From positions 4,151 through 68,150 of the forward strand of contig DASYQX010000030.1 of NCBI GenBank assembly GCA_036004985.1: a stretch of 64,000 bases of DNA, in the 5' to 3' direction. Position numbers and translations under genes: made by a program. The first letter of the stretch is position 1, and the number at the start of each line of letters is the position of its first letter. This document shows positions 28,719 to 38,620 of this stretch, one piece after another. A model generated the notes under the pieces. It was not told the origin of the DNA, did no database searches, and saw only the letters and a list, made by a program, of their open reading frames with translations. The stretch is from Gemmatimonadales bacterium. GTDB lineage: Bacteria; Gemmatimonadota; Gemmatimonadetes; Gemmatimonadales; GWC2-71-9.

Positions 28719-31700
28719 CTACACCTGTTCCATCTGGCCGAGCCGCACGCCGACGATCGTGGAGACTCCGGGTTCCTGCATCGTGACCCCGTACACGGCG
28801 TCTGCCGCCTGCATCGTGCGCGGGTTGTGCGTGATCACGATGAACTGGGTCTGATCCTTGAACTCGGCGAGGAGCCGCACGTAGCGGCCCACGTTGGCGT
28901 CGTCGAGCGGCGCGTCGACTTCGTCCAGCAGGCAGAAGGGGCTGGGCTTCGTGAGGAAGATCGCGAAGAGCAGCGACACCGCCACCAGGGTGCGCTCGCC
29001 GGAGGAGAGCAGGTGGATGCGCTGGGTGCGTTTGCCGCGCGGCGCCGCGTGAATCTCGATCTCGCTCTCGAGCGGCTCGTCCTCGTTGGCGAGCCGAACG
29101 TCGCACTCGCCGCCGCCGAACAGCGTCTGGAAGACGGTGCGGAAGTTGTCGCGCACCTTGCCGAACGACTCGAGGAACAGCGCCTTGGCCGTCTGGTCGA
29201 TCTCGCGCGCCGCCTGCTGCAGGGCGTTCCGCGCCGCGACGAGGTCGTCCCGCTGGGTCATGAGGAACTCGAGCCGTTTGACCTCGTCGCCGTGCTCCTC
29301 GACGGCCAGGGCGTTCACGGGGCCCACCGCGTCGATCGCGCCTCTCAGTCGCTCGTTCTCCTGGCGCAACCAGTCGAGGTCGCCCGCCACCTCGGGTGCC
29401 TGTGCGAGCAGTTCGTCGAGGGGCTTGCGCCATTCGGTTTCCACGCGCTCGACCAGCCCGCGCTTCCGGCCCTCGACTTCGGTGCGCTCGAGCTGCAGGC
29501 GGTGCTCCTCCTCGCCCAGCGCCTGGAGTGCCTTGCGGGCCTGGTCGAGCGCGCCTTCGGCTTGAGCGACGTCGGCTTCGCCCAGCCCCACGTGCGCCTC
29601 GGCGTCTTTCGCGGCAGCCTCCAACTCGACCAGCGACAGCCGCCGTTCCTGCAGCGCGTCTTCCCACTGGGCCCGCTGGCCGGTGAGGGCGGCGCTGTCG
29701 CGCTCGATGCGCGCGATTTCCTCAGCGCGCGCCGCCGCCTGCTCGCGCGACGCGCCCGCGTCGGCCGCCGCGCGCTCGACCCGTTCCCGGGCCGCGGCGA
29801 GCCGCGCCTCCACCTGCGCCGCTTCCACCTGCCACCGCACCCGTTGCTCGCGCGCGGCCTCCTGCTGTGCCTCCAGATCGGCGAGGGCCGCGCGCTCGGC
29901 GCCGAGCCGCTCGCCGGCGCGCACCCGCTCCAGCTCCCGCTCTTGCAGCTCCGCGTGCAGGGCGCCGAGCCGGGTCTCGACCTCGGCGAGTCGGCGCGTG
30001 AGCCGCTCGGCCTGCACGCCCGCCTCTTCGGCTTCGCGGCGCGCGTGGATCACTGCCCGCTCGGCCTCGCCCTTTTCGGCGCCGGCCTCCAGCTCGGCGT
30101 GGCGGGCCCGCTCCGCCGCCTGGCCGGCCTCCGCAAACGTCGCTTCCGCCGCCGTGAGCTCTTTGCCTACCGCTTCGAGCTCGGTCGTGGCGCGGCCGCG
30201 CGCGGCCTCGGCGTCCCGGACCTCCTGCTCCAGGGACTCGAGCTCGGCGCGCCGCTGCAGGGGTCCGCCACCGGCTCCCTCACCCGCTGGTCCGCCGTCC
30301 AGGAAGACGGCGCCGTTGGCGCGGCGCAGCGACCGGCCGTCGTCGAGCACTTCGTGGCCGGCGAGCAGCGCGCGCACCCACGCAGCCGCCGGCCCGTCCA
30401 CCCGCAGCTCGTCTTTCAGGGGATGGCCGTCGGCAGCGAGCCGTGGCCCGGGGACACAGGGCAGCAGGACGAGCGGGCCCGGTTGGGTCTCGGCGTGCCA
30501 GGTCCGGATCTCGTCGACGGCCCCGGCGTCGCGCACCAGCACCGCGTGCAACCACTCCCCCAGCAGGCGCTCGGCGAGCTCCGCGTCGCGGCGGCTGGTG
30601 CGGACGAAGTCAGCGAGCGGGCCGATCACCGCGTAACCGAACCGGTCCTTGGCCTTGAGCAGCGCCTGCGCGGCGGGGGCGAGGCCCACGCGCTCGTGGT
30701 CGAGCTCGGCGAGGGCATCGCGTCGCGCCGTCAGCTGGGCCAGGGCCGCTTCCGTGTGGCGCCGTGCCGAGCGCGTGCGCATCTCCTGCTCTTGGAGCGC
30801 CGCCACACGCCGGCGGGCGTGCTGCAGCGCTTCGATGGCGCGCACGGCGGCCTGGGCGCCGCGCGCCGCGTTCTGCGCGGCCGCGTCGGCATCGCCCGCT
30901 GCCGCCTGCGCCGCCGCCTCCCGGGCCCGGCGCTCGCCCGTCGCGCGGGCCAATTGCTCGCGCAGCTCGGCGCCCTCGCGCTCGAGGGCGGCGCGCTCGC
31001 CCTCGAGCGCCCGCGCCGACTCCGCCTGGCGCTGCAGCGCCTCCTCCAGCTCGCGCACCGCGCTGCGCTGCGCCGCCAACCGGGTGCGCACGTCCTGCTC
31101 GCTCGCCGTGCGCGCGCTCAACTCGCCCTGCACGGCGGCGAGGTCGCGCTCCGCGGCGGCGCATTCCGCTGACGCCGCCTCGCGCTCCCGCTCCGCCTGA
31201 GCGGCGCGCCGCTCGGCCTGCCCGCGCTCCTCGGCCGCGGTGTGGCGGCGCTGGGCCGCGTTCCCAAGCCGCTCCGCCGCCAGCGCGACGTCGCTCTCCA
31301 GCCGGCCCACCTCCACCTTCGCGTCGGCCAGGCGGCGCTCCACCTCGGTGCGGCGCGCCTCCGCCGTGTGGCGCGCCTGCGCCCGCGACTCGCGCCCGCG
31401 CTCCGCGTCGCTGAGGCGGGCGCGAGCGGCGGGGAGGGCCTCCGCCAGCTCGCGCGCCCGCACGCCCAGGCCGCCGAGCGTCAGGTCGAAGTCCTCCAGC
31501 TCGCGCCGCACCAGCGTGAGGGCGATGCCGAACCGCTCTTCGACCATCTTGCCGTAGCGCTCGGCTTTGCCGCGCTGGCGGGCGAGACTGCGGACCTGCG
31601 TCTGCACCTCGCTGATCAGGTCCTCGAGCCGCGCGACGTCCGCCGCCGTTTCCTCGAGCCGGCGCTCGGTGCTCTGCTTGCGGTCGCGATACAGCCCGAT

Positions 31701-32198
31701 GCCGGCCGCTTCCTCGAACAGCGCGCGCCGCTCCTCGGCCTTCTCGGAGAGCAGCGCCTCGATCATCTTCGCTTCCATCACGACGGCGGCGTCAGCGCCG
31801 AGCCCGGTGCCCCGCAGCAAGTCCTGGATGTCGCGCAGCCGGACCGGCGAGCCGTTCAGCAGGTACTCGCTCTGGCCGGAGCGCGACAACCGGCGCGTCA
31901 CCACGACCTCCTGGTACGCGATGGGCAGTGTGCCGTCCGAGTTGTCGAACACGAGGGAGACCTCGGCCACGTTCACCGGCCGGCGCCCCGTGGAGCCCTG
32001 GAAGATGACGTCTTCCATCTTCCCGCCGCGCAGCAGGCGCGGGGACTGCTCCCCGAGCACCCAGCGGACGGCGTCCGAGATGTTCGACTTGCCGCAGCCG
32101 TTGGGGCCGACGATCGCGGTCACGCCTTGCTCGAAGGGCAGCTCCACCGCGCCTGCGAACGATTTGAAGCCCGACAGCTCCAGCCGGCTCAATCTCAT
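28719..32198 (-). CDS. smc: Chromosome partition protein SMC
   Basis: LSGFKSF, Walker A GPNGCGKSN, long coiled coils with hinge, LSSGE signature, LLDEVDAPLD, ITH. Confidence 0.96.
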   Translation of the reverse strand: MRLSRLELSGFKSFAGAVELPFEQGVTAIVGPNGCGKSNISDAVRWVLGEQSPRLLRGGKMEDVIFQGSTGRRPVNVAEVSLVFDNSDGTLPIAYQEVVVTRRLSRSGQSEYLLNGSPVRLRDIQDLLRGTGLGADAAVVMEAKMIEALLSEKAEERRALFEEAAGIGLYRDRKQSTERRLEETAADVARLEDLISEVQTQVRSLARQRGKAERYGKMVEERFGIALTLVRRELEDFDLTLGGLGVRARELAEALPAARARLSDAERGRESRAQARHTAEARRTEVERRLADAKVEVGRLESDVALAAERLGNAAQRRHTAAEERGQAERRAAQAEREREAASAECAAAERDLAAVQGELSARTASEQDVRTRLAAQRSAVRELEEALQRQAESARALEGERAALEREGAELREQLARATGERRAREAAAQAAAGDADAAAQNAARGAQAAVRAIEALQHARRRVAALQEQEMRTRSARRHTEAALAQLTARRDALAELDHERVGLAPAAQALLKAKDRFGYAVIGPLADFVRTSRRDAELAERLLGEWLHAVLVRDAGAVDEIRTWHAETQPGPLVLLPCVPGPRLAADGHPLKDELRVDGPAAAWVRALLAGHEVLDDGRSLRRANGAVFLDGGPAGEGAGGGPLQRRAELESLEQEVRDAEAARGRATTELEAVGKELTAAEATFAEAGQAAERARHAELEAGAEKGEAERAVIHARREAEEAGVQAERLTRRLAEVETRLGALHAELQERELERVRAGERLGAERAALADLEAQQEAAREQRVRWQVEAAQVEARLAAARERVERAAADAGASREQAAARAEEIARIERDSAALTGQRAQWEDALQERRLSLVELEAAAKDAEAHVGLGEADVAQAEGALDQARKALQALGEEEHRLQLERTEVEGRKRGLVERVETEWRKPLDELLAQAPEVAGDLDWLRQENERLRGAIDAVGPVNALAVEEHGDEVKRLEFLMTQRDDLVAARNALQQAAREIDQTAKALFLESFGKVRDNFRTVFQTLFGGGECDVRLANEDEPLESEIEIHAAPRGKRTQRIHLLSSGERTLVAVSLLFAIFLTKPSPFCLLDEVDAPLDDANVGRYVRLLAEFKDQTQFIVITHNPRTMQAADAVYGVTMQEPGVSTIVGVRLGQMEQV

Positions 32199-33496
32199 TG
32201 CGTGGTCCCCACACGTGGGAGAAGAGTGGCGCGCACACCGGCGCGCGTCAGGGCCGCCCGGGTGAAGGCGGCTTGCTCCGGCGTCTCGAACGCGCCGAGG
32301 AAACGGCCGCGCACCGCGGGCAGGCCGCGGGCCCGGAGGGTCTCCACCGACGTGTTTGCCGCGAGCGCAAACGAGTACGGTGCGCGCAGCAAGTCGCCGG
32401 TGCCGCGCGGCGCGGCGCCCCGGCGCCACAGCGCTCGGCGCCCGGCGGCCGCAGCCTCGCGCGTCGCATAGGAGCCGGCCACCACCCGGTACCACACGGT
32501 GCCAGCGGCGCTCTGCGGGACCGGCGTCACCAGCGCGCTGATCCCCGCCTGCGCGGTCAGGCGGTCCGCGTGCGCGAGGGCCTTATCGAGCGTTCCGTAT
32601 GCCGCGAGCCGAATCGTCCAGGCGAGCGTGTCGGCTCGAGCGGCCCGCGCGGGCGGGGTTGCAGCGGGGGGGGCCGGGGCCGGGGCCGGGGCCGGAGCAG
32701 GGGTGGGGCGGGAAGGACGTGTGGAGGCGGCGGACGCCCGCCCGCGCGCGCTCCCGCCTCCCGCCCCTCCCAGGAGCGATTCTCGGGCCGTCGCGAACAA
32801 TGCCCACCCGCCCACGGCGGCGCCGGCCAGGACGAGGGTCACCAGGGCCGCCCGGGCGGCTCGCCGGTTGGATGGGCGCGGCAGCAGCGCGGGTTCGACG
32901 GGGGGCGGAACGGATACGGGCACGGGCATCCAGCGGTCGCGCGCCACGCCCAGCAGGGGTGTCCCGCGCTCTTGGGCCGCTGCGATATCGGTCGCCACCG
33001 CGGAGCCGTCGTCGAATCCCTCGGGGGCGAGCACGATCGCCCCGTCGGCCACGGCGGAGAGTTTGGCGAGCCCCGCCGCCGAGACGAACAGCAGCAGCAA
33101 GGCGCCCTCGGAGCGGAAGCCGGCCTGCAGCTTCCGCCAACGCGGGTGGGCGTACAGGTCCCCGGTGCTCGCGGTATAGGAGCCCGCGGCGATGAAGAAC
33201 ACCCCGTCCACCTCGTGCGCGGCTTTGGACAGTGACACGCCGTACTCGAAGGCGTCCACGATCCCGTCGCTGGGCGTGAGCCCCACCGACTGATGGAGCG
33301 CCGGCTCCTCGACGGAGAGGTCCACCAGGGCCACGCGCCGGCCGCCCCGCGCCGCGATGCGCGCGATGTCCCACGCGACTTTCGCCGCCCACACGAGGTC
33401 GGCCGTCGCGGGGACGAGCGCGACCAGCGCCTGCGCTTCGACCAGCGGCGGAACCAAGTGGCCGAGCCGCGAGAGCGGCAGCTGGCGCGCGGTCAC
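32195..33496 (-). CDS. SPOR domain membrane protein with a degenerate MinD/ParA-like N-terminal domain
   Basis: GRRVALVDL segment without a Walker A lysine; TM helix; Pro-rich linker; SPOR WTIRLAAY...WYRVVAGSY. Confidence 0.7.
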   Translation of the reverse strand: MTARQLPLSRLGHLVPPLVEAQALVALVPATADLVWAAKVAWDIARIAARGGRRVALVDLSVEEPALHQSVGLTPSDGIVDAFEYGVSLSKAAHEVDGVFFIAAGSYTASTGDLYAHPRWRKLQAGFRSEGALLLLFVSAAGLAKLSAVADGAIVLAPEGFDDGSAVATDIAAAQERGTPLLGVARDRWMPVPVSVPPPVEPALLPRPSNRRAARAALVTLVLAGAAVGGWALFATARESLLGGAGGGSARGRASAASTRPSRPTPAPAPAPAPAPPAATPPARAARADTLAWTIRLAAYGTLDKALAHADRLTAQAGISALVTPVPQSAAGTVWYRVVAGSYATREAAAAGRRALWRRGAAPRGTGDLLRAPYSFALAANTSVETLRARGLPAVRGRFLGAFETPEQAAFTRAALTRAGVRATLLPRVGTTQ

Positions 33497-34935
33497 TGGC
33501 CGGGTTGGTAGATCCAGAAGGGCCGGCCCAATTTGCGTCCGATCGCCTCAGCCTGCTCGCGCGTCGCGTAGGGCCCGAGCACGACCCGATACCCGTCGTC
33601 GGCGCTCTGGGGAGGCAGCACCCGCGCGGCGAGGCCGGCGCGCGCCAGATCCTGCGCCAGACGGCCCGACCAATCGGGGTTCCGCGACGTCGAGACCTGC
33701 ACGTACAGGGGACCTTCCGCGCCTGCCACTCCGCTATCGGCTGCGAGTGCCGCCTGACTCGCGGGCGCGACGCCGCGCGGCAGCCAAGTCGAGAGCACCC
33801 AGAGATCCGCGGCGCCGCGCTCCACGCGTCCCGTCTCGGTCAGGGAGTCGGGGCGCATCGCCACCACGGCGTCCCCGCGACGGAGCAGCAGCACGCCGTC
33901 GGGAGACACGGCGGGGAGGTCGGTCTGCCAGCTGGTCGCGACCCCACCCGTGTGCCGTTTGATCGGCAGGTCCACTATCCACGCGGAGTCGTCCAGCACC
34001 GGGCGCGCGAGCAGCCAGCGACCCAGCGGATCGACGCGCAGCGCGGCGGCGGGGCCGGGGAGCGCGACGCCGTCGAGCTCCTTGCGCTCGTAGCGGTCCA
34101 GCACCGCGAGTCCGAGCGCGGAGCGGCGCGCCACGTAGATGCGATGTCCCGACGGCGAGAAGGCCAGGGCGCGCGGCTGGTCCGGCAGCCGGACAAAGGC
34201 CGGCTCGCGCCGCCCCAGCGGATCGTACAACGCCACGCCCGAGTCGCTCGCGATCGCGACGAGGTCGCCCCAGCGCGTCGCCGCGACGTCGCCCCCGGCG
34301 GAAACCTGACGGACCGCCGGCGGCTGGTCTGCGGCAGCGGTGAGTAACCGGGGCGGGTCCTGCGGAATCACGGCGACGAGACGTTGGTCGGTGGACCCGA
34401 ACAGGTCGCGCGGCACGCCCGCGAGGGGCTGCGGCCAGGTGAACCGCGTGCGCCGCGAGAGCGAGATCACTCGGCGCTTGCCGTCCACGGCGTACAGGGT
34501 GCCGTCGGGGCCGAGGGCCGCCTGGGCGATTCCGGTCGCCACGGTGTCGACCCGCCCGCTGCCCAGATCGAGCGCCAGCAGCTCCTGCTTGGCCGTCGTG
34601 ACGAACAGGAACTCCGACTCGGGATCGAGCCCGATGACCCGGTCGACGGGGGGGAGGCGGCCGCGCATCAGCCCCACCGCCTCGGTGAGCTTAGGGAGGC
34701 GGTACAGCTGTGGGACGCCCCCTTTTGCTGCCAGCCGGATGGCCACCCCGGTGCTGCGGCCGAGGGTGCGGCGCTGGTTGCTAACTTCTTGTTGTGCTTG
34801 AGATTGCGAAGATGCGTCGGAGGGCGCTTGGGACCGGCAGCCCCAGAGCGCCATGCTCGCGAGCAGGAGGTACCAACCAGGGATCCGCAAAATGGCCTCG
34901 CCGGACAAGATAGACAACCGACGAGGCCATTGCAA
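33493..34935 (-). CDS. Probable lipoprotein with a beta-propeller and a C-terminal SPOR domain (start uncertain)
   Basis: Lipobox-like ALWGC; propeller-like repeats (LAFSPSG, VSPDG); SPOR YVQVS...YRVVLGPYATREQA. Confidence 0.75.
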   Translation of the reverse strand: MQWPRRLSILSGEAILRIPGWYLLLASMALWGCRSQAPSDASSQSQAQQEVSNQRRTLGRSTGVAIRLAAKGGVPQLYRLPKLTEAVGLMRGRLPPVDRVIGLDPESEFLFVTTAKQELLALDLGSGRVDTVATGIAQAALGPDGTLYAVDGKRRVISLSRRTRFTWPQPLAGVPRDLFGSTDQRLVAVIPQDPPRLLTAAADQPPAVRQVSAGGDVAATRWGDLVAIASDSGVALYDPLGRREPAFVRLPDQPRALAFSPSGHRIYVARRSALGLAVLDRYERKELDGVALPGPAAALRVDPLGRWLLARPVLDDSAWIVDLPIKRHTGGVATSWQTDLPAVSPDGVLLLRRGDAVVAMRPDSLTETGRVERGAADLWVLSTWLPRGVAPASQAALAADSGVAGAEGPLYVQVSTSRNPDWSGRLAQDLARAGLAARVLPPQSADDGYRVVLGPYATREQAEAIGRKLGRPFWIYQPGQ

Positions 34936-34954
34936 GTGTTTTAGCGACGCGGAG

Positions 34955-37900
34955 TTAGAACGTCGGACCGAGACTGATGGTCCAATAGCTCCGCTTCAGC
35001 GGCCGATCCAGCGGCTTCGTGTAGTCAAACCGGAGGATCACGAATCCCAGCATGTTGGCCCGGATCGACGCGCCCCAACTGCGCAGCGGCGCGCGCACGA
35101 ATTCGGGATTCTCGCCTGGGTCCCGCTTCCACTTGACGGTGTTGCCGTCGTTCCAGGCGACGCCCGCGTCGTAGAAGATCGCGGCCTCGATCGGCGGGAA
35201 CCCGACCGGGAGGACGCCCAGCACCAGACTGCGCGTGAGCGGGAAGCGCAGCTCGACGTTGGCCACGGCGATTTTGGACCCGATGAGCTGGTCCACTTCG
35301 GCGCACCCGGTTTGCGAAGCGCCGCTAGGGTCGGCGATGCACTCGTTGTCGCGGAACGAGCCGAACGTGTAGCCGCGGATCAGCTCGGTGCTGCCGAGGA
35401 ACACGGGGAAGCGCCCGGCGTCGCGGCCGTAGCGCCCGAACGTCAGGCCGCGGAACGCCAGCGTGAACGGCCGCAGGAAGATGTAGCGCCGGTAATCGGC
35501 GAGGCCGGCGGTGAACTGCCAGGTGCCGAAGGCGGGTGAGATCTGGAAGCGCGAGCGGGAGCCGGCGAACGGGCCGACGTACCCGAACAGCGAGTTGTCG
35601 TGCACCAGCGCCAGCGAGGGCTGCACGAAGCTGATCGAGCCGCCGTTCTGGGTGTAGTAGTTCTGGCCGACGAACCCCCCGGATGCGGAGTCAAAGGCGG
35701 TCTCGAGCGCGAGCGTCGCGTCCCCGACGTTCACGGCGTGCACGCCCAGTTCCAACCGGCTGAACCGGCTGAACGGATAGTACGACTCGCCGAAGGCGTC
35801 ACGGATCACGAGCCGGCGGAGGCGCGTGGTCAACACTTGCGCGGCGCCACTAGGGCAGAGTTGGGGGTTGCATGCCCGGGTGTCCCAGCTGCTGTAGTCG
35901 TAGAAGTAGAGCGGCGTCTGGGAGAAGCCCGTCGCCCAGTTGAACCGACGAGCCTGGTTGATGTACACGCCGAGGAACTGCGCTTCGCTGATGCGCCCGT
36001 TCACCGCCCCCGAGAGGATGATGGTGCGGTTGCCCAGGATGTCCGACAGGGCGACCGCGGTGCCGCCGAAGAAGCCCCGCCCGAAGTTGTCACGCTGATA
36101 GCCCACCGTGGGACGCACGACGTAGTCGGGCGTGAAGCGCACGCGATACGGCCGGAAGGTGAACTCGGTCGTGTCCGGTAACGCCAGCGCGGCTGAGTCG
36201 AGCAGCTGGCGGACCGACACGGGCCCGCCCGCCGCCCCCAGGGATTCGGCCGGCTGGGGTGAGGCCGAGGGGCGGAACCCGCCCCCCGTCCGGTAGATCG
36301 ACGCCGACTCGTTCGGCCGGCCCGCCGGGGCGGGGGTCGGCGCCGTCGCGGTCGTCCCGCCGGGCGGCGGCGTCGTGTCGCGCGGCCCGGCTGCGAGCAA
36401 CGACACCACCGGCGGCGCCGTGGGCCCGCGGAACGGCCCGCGGCGCAACGAGCGCGGGTTGTCGACCGAGTACACGCTGTACTGGCCCTCTTCGTAATAG
36501 ACGAACGACAGCTTGTCCGCCTGCCGCGCCCACGACATCACCGGCGAGAGCGGCGTGATGCCCTGGACGCCGGTGTAGAGGTTCGTCAGCTGATACACGT
36601 CGCTGTCGCCGAAGTCGTACAGATACACGTTGCTGATGCCCGTGCGGTCGGACACGAACGCGAGCGACCGGCCATCGGGGGCCCACACGGGGTTGCTGTT
36701 CCGACCCTGCATGCGTCCCAGCACCTCGATCGTCCCGCGGTCGAGGCGGTAGAGAGCGATCCGCATGTCCCCGAACCGCAGGACGTCGAAATCGGTCCCC
36801 GGGCCGCGGTCGGTCGCGAACGCGATCGTCTTGCCGTCGGGGGACCACGCCGGATGCAGGTCGGCGTACTTGTCGTTGGTCAGGCGGCGCAGGCCGGTGC
36901 CGTCCCGGTTGACGATGAACAGGTCGGACAGCCCGCCGTCGAAGCCTGTGAACACGAGCTGGCGCCCGTCGGGGGACCAGCTGGGCGTGACCAGGCCGTT
37001 GAGCGGAATCCGGATGCGCCGGTCTTCGCGGCGGCGCTTCACGTCCAGGATGACGAGGTCATCGCGGTCCCTGCGCTTCGCTGCGATGGCGAAGAACCGT
37101 CCGTCGGGCGAGAACGTGCCCGCCGACGTGATGAACCGCAGGCTCTCGAAGTTGTTGTTGAGGGTCGACTTGACGAGCCGCCGCTTGACGCGGCCGGTCT
37201 CGGCGTCGGCCAGCCACAGGTCCACGAAGAACCCGCCCTGGTCGCCGAAGAACGCGACCTCGCGGCCGTCGGGGGTGAGGGCGGGCGCGAGGAAGATGCG
37301 CCCGTGCGAGCGGCGCCGCGTCAACATGGGTTGGGCGATGCGCCGCGCGCGGTAGTGGTCGCCCAGCTGCGGCAGGAACGTCGTCTGCACCGCGTCGCGC
37401 CACTCGTCGGAGAGCTGCTCGAGCGACAGGCCGAGCGCCCGCTTGACCGCCGCCTCCACGCCGGAGCTCGCCGACGTCTGCAGGATCTCCCCGATCACCT
37501 CGTCGCCCCACTTCTCGCCGATGTACGCCCACAGGGCGTGGCCGTAGTAGTAGGGGAAGACGTTGGGGTCGTAGGTCATTTCCTCGATCGTCGGCAGGTG
37601 GCCCTCGAGAGAGGCGTCACGCAGCCACATCGCCGTGTTCGGGTCGATGGGGCCGAGCGAGAGGTACTCCGCCATCCCCTCCATGAACCAGAGCGGCGGG
37701 TTGACGCTGATCAGGGTCTGGACCCCCGCGCCCGGGCGGCCACGACTGTACACGTCGTACTGGAACTGGTGCACCATCTCGTGCTGCAGTACGTGCTCCA
37801 GCTCGGCATACGACCCGGTGAACGGGAGCACCATCCGGTGCTTGAAGAACTCGGTGACGCCGCCCAACCCCTCGCCCTGCGCGTCGGTGACGTTGGTCTG

Positions 37901-38191
37901 CTGAAAGTCCGACTGGGAGGCGTACAAAATGATCGGCTTGCGGCTTTGGAACTGGTGGTGCAGAACGCGTGACAGCCGGGCGTACCCGCGCTCGGCCATG
38001 CGGGCGGCGTCGAGCGCGGCAGCGCGCTCCTGGGGGTAGTAGTAGACCTCGAAGTGCTCGGTCTGGATGACCTTGAAGTCGAACGTGCGGTATTGGACCT
38101 TGTTCTGCCCGAAGTACTGGGCCGCGAGCGGCCCCGTGCCCAGGGTCGTGAGCACCAGAATCGCCGCCAGCGTCCCCTCGATGCGTCGCAT
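34955..38191 (-). CDS. Zincin-like domain + PD40/TolB propeller + Omp85/BamA-type barrel protein
   Basis: QYFGQNKV, HEMVH...WFMEGMAEY, several PSWSPDG repeats, IRGY, ANVELRFP, terminal ISLGPTF. Confidence 0.85.
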   Translation of the reverse strand: MRRIEGTLAAILVLTTLGTGPLAAQYFGQNKVQYRTFDFKVIQTEHFEVYYYPQERAAALDAARMAERGYARLSRVLHHQFQSRKPIILYASQSDFQQTNVTDAQGEGLGGVTEFFKHRMVLPFTGSYAELEHVLQHEMVHQFQYDVYSRGRPGAGVQTLISVNPPLWFMEGMAEYLSLGPIDPNTAMWLRDASLEGHLPTIEEMTYDPNVFPYYYGHALWAYIGEKWGDEVIGEILQTSASSGVEAAVKRALGLSLEQLSDEWRDAVQTTFLPQLGDHYRARRIAQPMLTRRRSHGRIFLAPALTPDGREVAFFGDQGGFFVDLWLADAETGRVKRRLVKSTLNNNFESLRFITSAGTFSPDGRFFAIAAKRRDRDDLVILDVKRRREDRRIRIPLNGLVTPSWSPDGRQLVFTGFDGGLSDLFIVNRDGTGLRRLTNDKYADLHPAWSPDGKTIAFATDRGPGTDFDVLRFGDMRIALYRLDRGTIEVLGRMQGRNSNPVWAPDGRSLAFVSDRTGISNVYLYDFGDSDVYQLTNLYTGVQGITPLSPVMSWARQADKLSFVYYEEGQYSVYSVDNPRSLRRGPFRGPTAPPVVSLLAAGPRDTTPPPGGTTATAPTPAPAGRPNESASIYRTGGGFRPSASPQPAESLGAAGGPVSVRQLLDSAALALPDTTEFTFRPYRVRFTPDYVVRPTVGYQRDNFGRGFFGGTAVALSDILGNRTIILSGAVNGRISEAQFLGVYINQARRFNWATGFSQTPLYFYDYSSWDTRACNPQLCPSGAAQVLTTRLRRLVIRDAFGESYYPFSRFSRLELGVHAVNVGDATLALETAFDSASGGFVGQNYYTQNGGSISFVQPSLALVHDNSLFGYVGPFAGSRSRFQISPAFGTWQFTAGLADYRRYIFLRPFTLAFRGLTFGRYGRDAGRFPVFLGSTELIRGYTFGSFRDNECIADPSGASQTGCAEVDQLIGSKIAVANVELRFPLTRSLVLGVLPVGFPPIEAAIFYDAGVAWNDGNTVKWKRDPGENPEFVRAPLRSWGASIRANMLGFVILRFDYTKPLDRPLKRSYWTISLGPTF

Positions 38192-38196
38192 ACGCC

Positions 38197-38610
38197 TTAT
38201 CCTTTCGCGCCCGTAGCACCCGTCGCGCCCGAATCGTCGGCGACGACCACCGGGGCGTCACCCCACAGCCGCTCGAGCTGGTAGAAGTCCCGCAGCTCCG
38301 GATGAAACACGTGCACCACGAAATCCACGTAATCCAGCAACACCCAGCGTCCCTGCACCAACCCTTCCACATGATGGGGTTTTACACCCAGCGGCGCCAG
38401 CGCGGCCACCAGGTGGTCGGCCATCCCGCGCACGTGCGCGTCGGACGTCCCTGACACGATCACGAAGTAGTCGGTCGCCGCGCACAGGCCCCGCAGATCC
38501 AGGACCACTGCATCGACCGCCTTGCGGTCCGCCAGCGCATCGATGACCAGCCGCAGCGCGGCCGTGGCGGCGGGCGGTCGGGCGCCTCCTCCCCGTCCCC
38601 GGCTACTCAT
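38197..38610 (-). CDS. rsfS: Ribosome silencing factor
   Basis: DRKAVDAVVLDL, DYFVIVSG, WVLLDYVDFVVHVF, RDFYQLERLW. Confidence 0.94.
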   Translation of the reverse strand: MSSRGRGGGARPPAATAALRLVIDALADRKAVDAVVLDLRGLCAATDYFVIVSGTSDAHVRGMADHLVAALAPLGVKPHHVEGLVQGRWVLLDYVDFVVHVFHPELRDFYQLERLWGDAPVVVADDSGATGATGAKG

Positions 38611-38620
38611 AGCGCCTGCG

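Noticed and set aside
26425..29667. Long N-terminal extensions in the ORF track (subtilase, lnt, hydantoinase B, aroF, smc, rplI, rpsF and others)
   Set aside because: The extensions overlap upstream genes in another frame; family motifs and signal peptides begin at the downstream starts used here
32671..32700. (GGGGCC)n hexamer run
   Set aside because: Triplet-phased and simply encodes a Pro-Ala linker in the SPOR protein
38201..38236. 9-nt periodic repeat at the rsfS 3' end (GATGATGA peptide)
   Set aside because: Codon-phased, degenerate and seen only once; cannot be separated from a low-complexity tail
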